A stretch of DNA of 64,000 nt from Eledone cirrhosa (lineage: Eukaryota). Under the pieces are notes generated by a model, which saw only the letters and a list, made by a program, of their open reading frames with translations, was not told the DNA's origin and did not search any database. The stretch covers positions 223,634,001 through 223,698,000 of the forward strand of contig OZ024743.1 in assembly GCA_964016885.1 (NCBI GenBank), given 5' to 3'. This document shows, one piece after another, positions 36,860 through 48,771 of the stretch. Numbering within the stretch: position 1 is the stretch's first letter; every line of letters starts with the position of its first letter. The position numbers were made by a program, and so were the translations under genes.

Positions 36860-36910
<51 letters not shown>

Positions 36911-37006
36911 CATACATGTGTAATATATGAGGGTTATATAAATGTATGTAAATGAGTGTGGGTGCGTTTGTATGCTTGTGTGATTAAACACACACATATA
37001 CGTGTA

Positions 37007-37078
<72 letters not shown>

Positions 37079-37429
37079 TGTATGCATGTAAGTATGTAAA
37101 ATCTATGTATTGAAGGAAAATACCTGCTGGTATTTTGTTATGTCCTGATATATTAGTACAATAAAAAGTACTGGGTTGATATAAGTGACTAAAACTCTTC
37201 TACGCAGTGCTCCAGCATGACCACAATTAATCACCAAAACCAGTAAAATAAATAGAATGAAAGCAAGTGTAGGCATTTGAATTGATATGGTTAATTAAAA
37301 GGAAAGGTAAGGAGCTGGTTGTCAAATCAGACCAAAGAAATATTGTTGGTGCTATTGGCTGGTCAGAACTCCTGACAGATGCATCTCCACTTTTACAGAT
37401 GTATTCCTACACCTGATACACTGTGACAG

Positions 37430-38190
37430 TTGCATAGTGACATACATGACCTGGGCATTATGGTCAGCAGCGATTTGCATTGGACAAAGCACGTCTCTAA
37501 AATTGTCAAGAGGGCCGAGGGTGTCTTAGCATCACTCAGCAAGACCTTAGTCAACTGCTCTCCAGCTATCTATTTAAAGCTGTATACAGCTATGGTGCGG
37601 CCACACTTAGAATTTGCATCACCAGTCTGGAACCCTTATCTTGCTCAGAACATTGACTGCCTGGAAACTGTTCAGAGACGTGCAACCAAGCGAATACCCT
37701 CCATCAGGCATCTACCATACTCTGAACGCCTTGCTTCCCTGGGCATGGATACATTGAAGCTCCGACGTCTGGCAACTGACTTGGTAAACACCCACAAGAT
37801 TATTAACCATCTTGCCAACAACAACCCTGAGTACCTTTTTGATTTCCATGTGTCTAACACCTGTGGGCATGCCAACCAAGTCAGAAAACAGCACAGTTCC
37901 CATGACTTTCGGAAACATTTTTTCACGCTCAGGGTTGCTGAAGCATGGAACAAACTCCCTGCATCAGTTGTTAGCTGTCGAGACACTGCATCCTTTAAAA
38001 CCTCCATGCTTCCTGAGATTCGCCAACACTATACCTAATATTCCCCCTCCATACACATACACACATTTATATCATGACTCATACACTATTCACTTCCCTG
38101 ACATTTGTATATTATTCTATGTACCATACGTGCACCTTTGATGAGTTTTAGTGCACCTGAGCACTGTACACAATAATTTCATTATTATAA
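37430..38190 (+). mobile_element. 5'-truncated CR1-clade LINE (RT C-terminus, 202 aa open) with (ATT)n tail
   Basis: DLGI.VSSDL.W..H, LYTAMVRPHLEFASPVWNP, LETVQRRATK, FFTLRVAEAWNKLP motifs. Confidence 0.9.
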
Positions 38191-38585
38191 GACCCAACAC
38201 TGGCCACAACTCCTGGCAGATGCATCTCCACTTTTGTAGATGTGTTCCTACACCTGCTACACTGTGTAAGCACTGTGACATTTGCATAGTGACATACAAG
38301 ACCCAGCCTATGGTTAATAAACATAACATAGATTTATTAACAGCAATAATAGTTTTCTTCTGCATATGACAATTGTTAGTGTCATGTGTTATTTTTGAAA
38401 TATTTTTTTGGCTTATCTAATAAAGAAATAAAAGAGAAAGAAAAGAAAGTAAAACAATAAAAAGAACAGTTTTAACTGACACCAGTAATTCATCCGAGAC
38501 ACAATTAATGTTGTGTCACTGGAAAATATACTAAATATAGCTGTGTAAAACCTGTACCACGTCACTTGCTAATTATATATAGTAA

Positions 38586-38778
38586 TTAATTGTTTCTACG
38601 TTAGGCACAAGGCCAGCAATTACCCAGTACATTACTGGTACTTTATTTTATCGACCCCGTAAGGATGAAAGACAAAGTTAACCTTGGCGGGATTTGAACT
38701 CAGAATGGCAAGGGCCGTAACTCTATACATCAAAGCATGGCGTCCGACCCTCTACCGATACTGCCAATTCACCGCCCT
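38586..38778 (-). mobile_element. SINE family A (full length)
   Basis: Shared body sequence; flanked by the repeated tatatatagtaattaat (TSD-like). Confidence 0.85.
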
Positions 38779-39086
38779 ATATATAGTAATTAATAAATGA
38801 ATATAAGAGTGTGTCAGGGTGTCAAAATAGTTTATATTTAAGTAAAGAAATAAATATAGAAACATAACAAAAGTCTTGCATGGGATTTGAACTCACGATA
38901 TATAAGTTGCCAAATTTTAGATGTTTTATCTATTATTCAGTCAGTCTGCCACTTCATGAATGTGTAAGCAGTACTGTGTTCCAGATTTTATTATCATTAG
39001 TAGCAATATATAATCAGTTATAAATATTTACTCGTTGTTAACCCAACAATTTAAATATAACTTTCCATATATATATATATATATAA

Positions 39087-39146
<60 letters not shown>

Positions 39147-39160
39147 TATATATGTATATA

Positions 39161-39202
<42 letters not shown>

Positions 39203-39320
39203 TATATATATACACATATATATCATCATCATCATTATCTTCGTTTTTTTACACCCATTTCCCTTAACCCATGCCACCGTGGAGAAATGGACATAAAATG
39301 ATGATGATATATATATATCC

Positions 39321-41850
39321 CATCATCATCATCATCATCATCATCATCGTTTAACGTTCGTGTTCCACGCTTGCATGGGTTTGGACGGGGGTTTTCCCAC
39401 TTGAGGCAAGAGTGGTTGTCTTGCTCGCATAGGACTGTCTGGCAGGTTTTCTACAGTTGGATGCCCTTCCTAACACCAACCACATTTACAGTGTGGGTCT
39501 GGGAGGTTTTTACCGTGTTGCCTACACGGCCACATTTCAGCGTGGACTGTGTGTTTTTTGTCGTGACACCTACACGATCTCATTTGTTTCGGCCTGGATG
39601 TTATGGGGCCAACATAACTTTACATTGAAAGGGGCGGCGTGGATGGGGTGGGGGTGGTGTATTTTGTTAGAGATGCCTACTGACTGTAGTAGGTTTTACT
39701 TTGTATTTAGGTAAGGCGGGTCTTCTCTATTACTGAGTACCGCCAAAGGTCTCGGTCCAGTGACATTGTCTTGGAGAGGTGTAAGTGTGTGAGGTCGGAA
39801 TTTATCAGGTCGTCCCAGGTTTTTCTGGGTCTGCCTACTCCGTGGCTACCGTCTATCTTTATTGCCCTGCACTTTTTTATACAGCTGTCATCTTTCATGC
39901 GCATCACGTGACCATACCAACGTAGCCTTCTCTCGAGTAAACAACATCTGATCCCTCTTATTTCTAATTTTTCTCTTAGTTCGTTTATGCTTTGCCATTC
40001 ACGTATATTACTATTACACATCCAGCGGAGCATGCAAGCTTCGTTCCTCTCTAGTCTGCGTATATCCTCTGCACACAATGCCCAGGTCTCACTGCCATGC
40101 AGCATTGCTGTTCGTATGCAGGCATCATACAGCCTGCCTTTCATTTTTAGGGAGAACCCTTTAGCGGCTAATAGTGGTATAAGCTCTCTGAACTTTTTCC
40201 ATCCAGTTCTGACTCTAGCTACTGTACTTTCAGAGCACCCTCCCCCACTGCTGATTTTGTCACCCAGGTAACGGAAGCTGTCCACTATTTCTATAGAACC
40301 CTCTGTGCAATTGAAAGAGCTAGTATTTTGTGGGCTTTTGCTGCTACTTATTGCACCAGAGCACCGGCCACATGTAAAATCTATGTTCTTAGTTAGCTTA
40401 CCTGTGATCCCACTACATCTTTTATGCACCCATACTTTGCATTTGGGACATAAAATGGAGTTTCTACCTACGCCTTTCCTACACACTGAGCATGGCCATT
40501 TCCCGGAAGGGACCGGCGCCTTATTTTCTTTCCTACAAACTAGAACTTTAGTCTTAGCCAGGTTAATTTTAAGGCCTTTTGATTCTAGGCCGTGCTTCCA
40601 TGTTTGGAATTTCTTCTCTAGCTCGGCCATTGATTCAGCTATAAGCGCTAGATCATCAGCGTATAGGAGTTCCCATGGGCAGCCGGTCTTGAACTCCACT
40701 GTTATAACCTGAAGGACAATAATAAATAGTAGGGGGCTAAGAACAGAGCCCTGATGAACACCAACTTTTACGCTAAACTCTTCACTATATTCATTGTTAA
40801 TTCTAACCTTGCTGACTGTTTCTTTATACATGGCTTGTATAACTCTCACAAGCCATTCATCAACACCTAGTTTTCTAAGAGCCCACCAGATAATGGAACG
40901 GGGGACTCTGTCGAAGGCTTTCTCCAAGTCGACAAAGGCTAAGTATAGGGGTTTACTTTTAGCTAGGTACTTCTCCTGCAGTTGTCGTACAATGAAAAGA
41001 GCGTCTGTGGTACTTTTACCTGACACAAACCCGAACTGCATTTCATCTAGATCAATTCTCTCTCTGATTAGTTGCGCTATTATTTTTTCTGTGACGTTCA
41101 TGACCTGGTCGATTAATTTAATGCCTCTATAGTTACTCCTATCTAGGGCATCTCCTTTACCCTTGTAGCAGTTAATGATGATGCTGCTATGCCAGTCCTT
41201 CGGAACAACCCCATTCTGTATGACTTGGTTTACTATCCGGGTGACCATGGTGTGTCCCACCGTTCCAGAACCTTTCAGCATTTCAGCAACTATTTCCGAA
41301 GGACCAGCCGCCTTACCCATCTTCATATCTTTGATTGCCTTACTTATTATACTACCTTCGACTAACACTGCTGGTCCCTTTATTGGGTCGATATGGGGGA
41401 GACTGTCTTTCTCCCATTTATTCTCCTCATTTAGTAGCCTTTCGTAGTGACACTTCCAAGCTACCTTCTTATCAGCGTCAGTGATGGCAAGTACACCATC
41501 ATCATTAAGTACACACTTCTCCCCGACAATATCACGGTTTTCCTTGACACATTGCCTAGCAATCCTGAACACCTCACGTTTTTGGTCCTCGCGTTGTAGA
41601 ACATGCTTGAACTTTCTTTCCTCTGCTTCCCTTCTTGCGAAGTACTCTTCTCTCCTAGCTTCCCTCCTGGCACTTGATAGTCTTCTCTACTTCCCCCATC
41701 CCGCCATACTTTCCAAGCCTGCTTTTTGGCCTTAATTGACTCCTCCACCTTACTGTTCCACCACCATGTTACTCTCCTCCTGCCTATAGGCCTGCTCCAG
41801 CCACAGACTTCGTCTGCTGCCATCAGCAGGTTTGCTTTCAGGAATTCCCA
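39321..41850 (-). mobile_element. 5'-truncated RTE-clade LINE with (GAT)n tail
   Basis: RT ORF, a 3' UTR shared with many short repeats in the window, and a (GAT)n tail at 39321-39348; 5' break at (TA)n. Confidence 0.92.
39707..41572 (-). CDS. RTE reverse transcriptase ORF (N-terminally truncated; frameshift upstream near 41670) with embedded PHD-like finger
   Basis: KAAGPS, NYRGIKL, QFGF, FVDLEKAFDRV, GVHQGSVLSPLLF, LYADDL, FRYLG, GSETW, RLRWYGHV, GRPRKTW; C4HC3 at 40361-40498. Confidence 0.88.
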   Translation of the reverse strand: MFRIARQCVKENRDIVGEKCVLNDDGVLAITDADKKVAWKCHYERLLNEENKWEKDSLPHIDPIKGPAVLVEGSIISKAIKDMKMGKAAGPSEIVAEMLKGSGTVGHTMVTRIVNQVIQNGVVPKDWHSSIIINCYKGKGDALDRSNYRGIKLIDQVMNVTEKIIAQLIRERIDLDEMQFGFVSGKSTTDALFIVRQLQEKYLAKSKPLYLAFVDLEKAFDRVPRSIIWWALRKLGVDEWLVRVIQAMYKETVSKVRINNEYSEEFSVKVGVHQGSVLSPLLFIIVLQVITVEFKTGCPWELLYADDLALIAESMAELEKKFQTWKHGLESKGLKINLAKTKVLVCRKENKAPVPSGKWPCSVCRKGVGRNSILCPKCKVWVHKRCSGITGKLTKNIDFTCGRCSGAISSSKSPQNTSSFNCTEGSIEIVDSFRYLGDKISSGGGCSESTVARVRTGWKKFRELIPLLAAKGFSLKMKGRLYDACIRTAMLHGSETWALCAEDIRRLERNEACMLRWMCNSNIREWQSINELREKLEIRGIRCCLLERRLRWYGHVMRMKDDSCIKKCRAIKIDGSHGVGRPRKTWDDLINSDLTHLHLSKTMSLDRDLWRYSVIEKTRLT

Positions 41851-41904
41851 CTATATATATATATATATATACATATGATATACATATGTATGTATTTATA
41901 TATG

Positions 41905-41969
<65 letters not shown>

Positions 41970-41997
41970 GATATACATATGTATGTATTTATATATG

Positions 41998-42055
<58 letters not shown>

Positions 42056-42086
42056 TATGATATACATATGTATGTATTTATATATG

Positions 42087-42129
<43 letters not shown>

Positions 42130-42309
42130 TTATATATATATGTGTGTATCTGTGTGTATTTTTCTTTTACCAAAATTCCTAAAGATGAATTGGATTTATT
42201 GTTTTTGATATTGCCTGTTGTTTTATTGGCATAAGTGTCAAAATTAACTCTTTATAGTTTCTGGAAATCTCTTTTAAACTGGCAGATATTATTTTCCAGT
42301 AGAAATAGT

Positions 42310-42920
42310 AATAATTGTTTCTACTTTTGGCACAAGGCCAGCAATTACCCAGTACATTACTGGTATTTTATTTTATCGACACCCGTATGGATGAAAGGCA
42401 AAATTAACTTCTGCGGGATTTGAACTCAGATCATAAAGGGACGTAACTATGCTGGAAAGGATGTCCGACCCTCTACCAATACTGCCAAATAATAACTGTT
42501 TTTACTTTTGGCCCAAAGCTAGCAATTTGAGGGGAAAGGGAAAGTCAATTAAATCGCCCCTACTGAGTTACTGGTACTTTATTTTATCGACCCCATGAGG
42601 ATGAAAAGTGGAATTTGAACTCAGAATGTAAAGGACCATAACTATATGCCACAAAACATGTCATCCGGACCTCTATCGATACTGTCAATCAACCATCCTA
42701 ATAAGATTAATAATAATAAGGCCAGTAATTTGAAGGGGAGGGGAAAGTCGATTAAATCGACCCCAGTGCATTACTGGTACTTTATTTTATCGACCTCGTA
42801 AGGATGAAAGGCAAAATTAAGCTCGGCGGGATTTGAACTCAGAATGTAAAGGGCCGTAACTCTATGCTGCAAAGCATGGTGTCCGACTCTCTACCAATAC
42901 TGCCAATCCACCGCCCTAAT
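42310..42920 (-). mobile_element. Three tandem SINE family A copies
   Basis: Three successive ctggtactttattttatcgac..gaaaggc..gatttgaactcag units. Confidence 0.8.
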
Positions 42921-43184
42921 AAGATTAATAATAATGGTTTCTGATTTAGGCACAGAGCCAACAGCTCGGTCTGTGAAAATCCATCAAGCCCTTGTTTACA
43001 GAAATATTGTCAAGGGCATGACAGCCTATTTAGTTTTGGTGATTTACATGCTAAATGAAATCCTGTACACTCTGTAAAGTAGTTGGTGATAGGGCATCCA
43101 ACCAAACAAAGGAACAGGAGGACTCTTCTGCTGTGTTGAAGACATGACAACCTCCTTAGAGCTGGTACCACAATAAAATACATG

Positions 43185-43690
43185 CAACCAAGCGAATACC
43201 CTCCATCAAGCATCTACCTTACTTTGAACGCCTTGCTTCCCTGGGCATGGATACATTGAAGCTCCGACGCCTGGCAACTGACTTGGTAAACACCCACAAA
43301 ATTATTAACCATCTTGCCAACAACAACCCTGAGTACCTTTTTGATTTCCATGTGTCTAACACACGTGGACATGCCCACAAAGTCAGAAAACAGCACAGCT
43401 CCCATGACTTTCGGAAACATTTTTTCACACTCAGAGTTGCTGAAGCATGGAACAAACTCCCTGCATCAGTTGTTAGCTATCGACACACTGCAACCTCCAT
43501 GCTTCCCGAGATTCGCCAACACTATACCTAACATTCCCCCTTCATACACATACACACATTTATATCATGACTCATACACTATTCACTTCCCTGACATTTG
43601 TATATTATTCTATGTACTATACATGCACCTTTGATGAGTTGTAGTGCACCTGAGCACTTTACACAATAATTTCATTATTATTATTATAAG
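43185..43690 (+). mobile_element. 5'-truncated CR1 LINE, same family as 37430-38190
   Basis: Highly similar to 37681-38190. Confidence 0.88.
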
Positions 43691-43862
43691 TAATTACATT
43701 ATTAATTATCTTAAAAGTTGAAACAATTATTAGTCCTGTGTGCTAATAATGAAATCATTATAGTAATTGCATAATAAGTACCCATTTAGAAAAGAGTAAA
43801 AGAGCAATAGCACTTAAACAACAACAACATTTTGGTAATCAACTGTGACTATTATCTTTAAC

Positions 43863-44055
43863 AGGGCAGTGGATTGGCAGTATCGGTAGAGAGTCGGACG
43901 CCATGCTTTGACGTATAGAGTTACGGCCCTTGCCATTCTGAGTTCAAATCCCGCCGAGGTTAACTTTGCTTTTCATCCTTACGGGCTTGATAAAATAAAG
44001 TACCAGTAAAGCACTGGGTAATTGCTGGCCTTGTGCCAAACGTAGAAACAATTAT
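43863..44055 (+). mobile_element. SINE family A (full length)
   Basis: ggcagtggattggcagtatcggtagagagtcggac head and B-box; flanked by ttatctttaaca TSD-like repeat. Confidence 0.85.
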
Positions 44056-44195
44056 CTTTAACAATTACACTAAATAATTGTTTCTACTTTTGGCAATTAC
44101 ACTAAATAATATCAAAGGGATCTTTTTCTGAAATTTCAATATAATTGGATACTCATTTAGTTGTCCTTGAATTTGGTAGATTGCACCACCACCAC

Positions 44196-44493
44196 CAGGG
44201 CCGGATTTAATGGGGTAAAAGGGGGCAATTGCGCCAGCCACCCTACAGTGGGGGGCCCCATCAGTGACAGCCATAGCAATTTATTTGTGCCCTCAGCTGG
44301 GCTTTTTAGTTTAAGGTTGATTAGAATTTTTGAATTTAATAACTGTATGTATAACTTTTCAATTCTAATTACTTGTGCCAAACTAACTTTGATATGTAAA
44401 ATTGGGGAGTTTGCTGTGTATTCTAATTTTTTGTGTATGAGCACCCCCAAACATGAAGTGCCCCGGGCCCCTGAAGATCTAAATCCAACCCTG
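44196..44493. mobile_element. hAT-like MITE
   Basis: TIRs cagggccggattta / taaatccaaccctg; related end at about 815-882. Confidence 0.6.
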
Positions 44494-46264
44494 GTCCCTC
44501 CGCTTTCTTAACTACTTGTAGTCAATATTTCTTTTAACTTAAATGTTGATACTATTGATCTGATAGATAGAGGAACATTTTGTTTATAGTCATCAAATTT
44601 TTTGCCCTGGTCTGTTTTACATGAGTTACTGTATATTCTTGTATATAAGCCAAGAAATATGTGACAAAAAAAAATCGATGGTAAAGTTATATTTGAGGTC
44701 AATATTTTGGTGATTTTCACCAACTTTAAAATTCAATGTTGGAGGTAAATATTACACCGGTCTCACTTTGGAAGTGAATATTTCACTGATTTCACTTTCA
44801 ATCTGAAATTCGTATTTTCTGTGGGTTTTTGATACGCTTTGAATGAATATGGCCTACAAAACGGTTGGAAATTAGTAAAAAATTATTATATAATGATTTT
44901 AATATATGTATATTATGCTGGTACCACAAAACATCCAGCCACACTGTAAAGTGATTGTGTAGGTGTCACAACAGAAAGCACCCAGCCCACACTGTAAAGT
45001 GGATATGTAAAAGACACAGCAAAAAGCACCCAGGACATACTGTCAATGTGGTTGGCGTTAGGAAGGGCATCTAGCCGTAGAAAACTAGCCAGAAACAGTC
45101 CTATATGAGCGAGAGACGATCACCCGACCCAACTTGCCTTTAAAAGGGACAAATCCATCTAACTTATGCTAGCGTGGAAGATAGACGTTAATCGATGATG
45201 ATGATAATGATGATAATGAAGTTGTGAAACAAAAACTTTACTCAAAATGACATTAAAAACATTTTAAATATCAAAATCTTCATAAATATATTCTCTATTC
45301 ATGAGAATTTCAAAACTGCACCATCTAAACATAATGAGTTGATTAGCTTCATCAGCTTATAAATGGTGTTTGTTTTTTGGCCTATTTCTCATACATAAAA
45401 TAGGAGTTGGTTTATATTCGGATCAACTTATATTCAAGTTTATACAGTAACTCTTGATTCAACAGTAGCAATTCAATGAAGTTTTCACTTTGATATGGCC
45501 ATTCCATTTTTAACGAGGGCATGTTGCATTAAGACTTAGGATTTAGAATATGCAATCACAATTTTAACGATGATAGTTAAATTTATTATTTTTTTTTTGA
45601 AAGCATATATCTTTAATGATATCTTTGAAAATACAATTCGGACTTATATACAATTGATGAGGTGTGGTAAATAAATATGTACATATACACCAGGTTTGAA
45701 CACAATGGAATCAAACTCTCACTGTCACTGTCACTGTATATCTCTCTCCTGACACTTAGTAGAACTCTTGAGAATATACAGTATTCTCTAAAGTATACAT
45801 CGGCTGATTAGCCTAATTTGCATACCGAGTGTTTTTATGGCTGACTTTGCTGAAAATGATCAACAAAATTAGTTTTTGCTCTAACATAGTGGATACATAA
45901 ATGCACTCTTGAGTTTTGTATCAAATAATAATAATATTCGATTCATTTGCAAATCCTTTGAGCAACTGGAACATTCATCATTAGAACCGACGGATTTCCA
46001 ACACAATAGATTACATGTATAATTAACTATAGTCTGTATGTAACATATAATTAATCCTAGTCAGTTTTAGTGAAAACAACTCTATACATAACAGGATAAT
46101 TATAAGGTGTTTATACCTAAATAATAGGGCCATGGGGAAAAAATAGACATTTGGTATACCAGGTCTAAGGTTAGTGTAAGGAGATTCAAAATTGTAATAG
46201 TTCAGTGCATGGTCTTGTATTTAGGTTTTAACTTGGGTTAAATAGTAGTAGTAGCAGCAGCAGC

Positions 46265-46314
<50 letters not shown>

Positions 46315-46649
46315 CAGTAGTAGTAAAAGAAGAAAAAAAGCACGATCAGTACAATGATGATTTGAAATAAGATATACTAAGGTTATGGTCAATGAAGAGG
46401 ATAATTCAGAAGAGTTTCAACAGCATGACTAAGCATTTTTCTTGCGTATAATATACACTGCTGAATGTTACATACATGTCATTGTATATAATTAAGCTAT
46501 GTTGTAAATTATCCCCTTTTGTCAAAACATTTACATTTTCCACAAGTGTGGGGGGCAGTTATGAAAACTAGTTCCATCTCCATCTCTATCTAAAAAATAA
46601 TTCATAAACACACACTCAAATCTTTATATACACATGCATTTATAATTGG

Positions 46650-46840
46650 CTAAGCATCCTAAAGATTGTATACTCACATCTCCCCTTCCATACACATATA
46701 TGTGTGTATATCTGGACTCATACACTGTTCACTTTTCTGACATTTGTACATTATTCTATGTATCATACTATACATGCACCTTTGATGAGTTGTAGTGCAC
46801 CTGAGCACTGTACACAATAATTTTAATTATTTTATTATTT
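46650..46840 (+). mobile_element. CR1 3' end fragment
   Basis: Matches 38080-38190. Confidence 0.75.
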
Positions 46841-47689
46841 AGATCTATACATACAATATATATACATGTGATAATGATGATAATGGTGATGATATACAAT
46901 AATACAAAAGGTGATAGTCAAACTTGTGACAGTATCACTATTTAACTCTTTTGAAACAATTATAGTTTATAATTATAATGAATCTACCGTAGAATTGTAA
47001 AAATACATATTTGTACTCTTTTGTTGAGATATTGTTTTATTATCAAAGTAGGATAAAAACAAAACAAATCAATACTGGTTTCTGATTTAAGCACAAGGCC
47101 AAGAATTTTGAGGGAGGGAAAGTCAATTAAATTGACCCCAGTGTGTTACTGGTGTTTTGTTTTATCAACCCTGTAAGGTTGAAAGGCAAAGCTAACCTTG
47201 ACAGGATTTGAACTCAGAAATCAGAAATCATTCTTACGGGGTCAATAAAATAAAGTACCAGTAATACACTGGGTAATTGCTGGCCTTGTGCCTAACGTAG
47301 AAACAATTATTATTATTATCATTACTATTATTCATGTCTAGATATTTCTAAAAAATGCCTGATATATAACACCTTACCGAGATGTCAGGTGATGCCCATA
47401 TGGGTGCCTGATTATTTCAAAGCCTTAGCCTCACCATCAGCCATGGTATTGCTGTGAGCATGTAGGCTTGTCTCAAAATTTTCCATTGACCCTTGTGGTG
47501 GGTGGCCGATTGTTGCACTTGGTGGTGAATTGATGGTTGTTGTTTTTTTCTTTCTCAATTTGATCATATACTTTTGTGTATTATATTTGTATTTATTATA
47601 TGTGTTTATATTTTCATCCTGTAAGAATTATAAACAGTTTGTAATGTTATTTATACAACTGTGAATAATAAAAGTTTCATCTTTCTTGA

Positions 47690-47961
47690 CTAAATAATGG
47701 ATGAATAAATAGGAGGATGTGATATGCAAAATTGTGTAAGAATTATAAAATTATGTAAGAAATATATAAAACAAAAAAAATAGCTTTTATCATTATTATT
47801 ATTATCATTATTATTATTCACATCTAGATATTTCTCAAAAGGGCTTTATATAGAGCTAAATAATAGATGAATAAATAGGAGGATGTGATATGCAAAACTG
47901 TGTAAGAATCATAAAATTATGTAAGAAATATATGAAACAAAAATAGTTTTTGTCATTATTA
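47690..47961 (+). repeat. Local tandem duplication of about 166 bp; the second unit is interrupted by the LINE stack and resumes at about 63088
   Basis: ctaaataat.gatgaataaataggaggatgtg... at 47690 and 47856; tail tagatatttctcaaaag.gctttatatagagc at 47825 and 63104. Confidence 0.75.
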
Positions 47962-48472
47962 TAGCCAGGAAGGGCAGGCAGTTTTTACCTGCCTGGTGGC
48001 CATGGCAAAAGAGGTTGTGTGGTGGATGCATTTGAAAGGGCTGAAGACGAGCACGTACTTCTTTGATGATGCCCTGATTAACTTTTTCAAATTTCATTTG
48101 AAAAGGAAAATCAGGGTGGAGAGGGAAGTGCTCGCTTCCAAGCAATTTGTTGAAAGATGGGTGAGAGAGGCAAGCATGGCCCAAGTGAATGGGCCTACTC
48201 AGAGTATGTACCTGTAGATTGGAGGTGGAGAACTGGGAGACGGCACTTGCTCTGATGGTCAGGGTCACCGTTTAATGGGCTTTCTCCACGAGTGCTCCTC
48301 GGCAGTCTCTCCTCTATTGGGGAATTTTCCTTTCTTTCTTTTTTTTTGTTATTTACTTTGTTTTTTCATTACACGCAGAAATGCCCATTTGTACCGTCCT
48401 GTGCTATCCTTAATGTTATACTTTATGTCAACCCTTGTAGTTAATAAAGAAAGCATTATTATTATTATTATT
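47962..48472 (+). mobile_element. 5'-truncated Tx1-like LINE copy A
   Basis: Encodes diverged ORF2 C-terminus (AMAKEVVWW..LKGLKTSTY..MYL*), 3' UTR, aataaa, (ATT)n. Confidence 0.9.
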
Positions 48473-48771
48473 GAATGCCATGGTTGACGGAGGCTCGGCT
48501 CTGTAAGGTATAGTAATTTTTAACCGTTAAAACAATTGTAAATTGTTTAAAACTTGAACCAAATTGTTGATAAAGACACCCTCCTCCTCGTGAGAGGGGT
48601 CTTTCTGTCCGTTATTTGGCCCTTCGGGGTTAAATAACCAGTTATTGGGGTTTTGTACCCAAAATTTCATTTTAAACAAAAAACAACATAGCTACGAAAA
48701 AGAAATTTCATACGTCATTCCCACTCATTCCGTCTTCTTCTTCCTCAATCATCACTACAGCAGAGAGAAGA

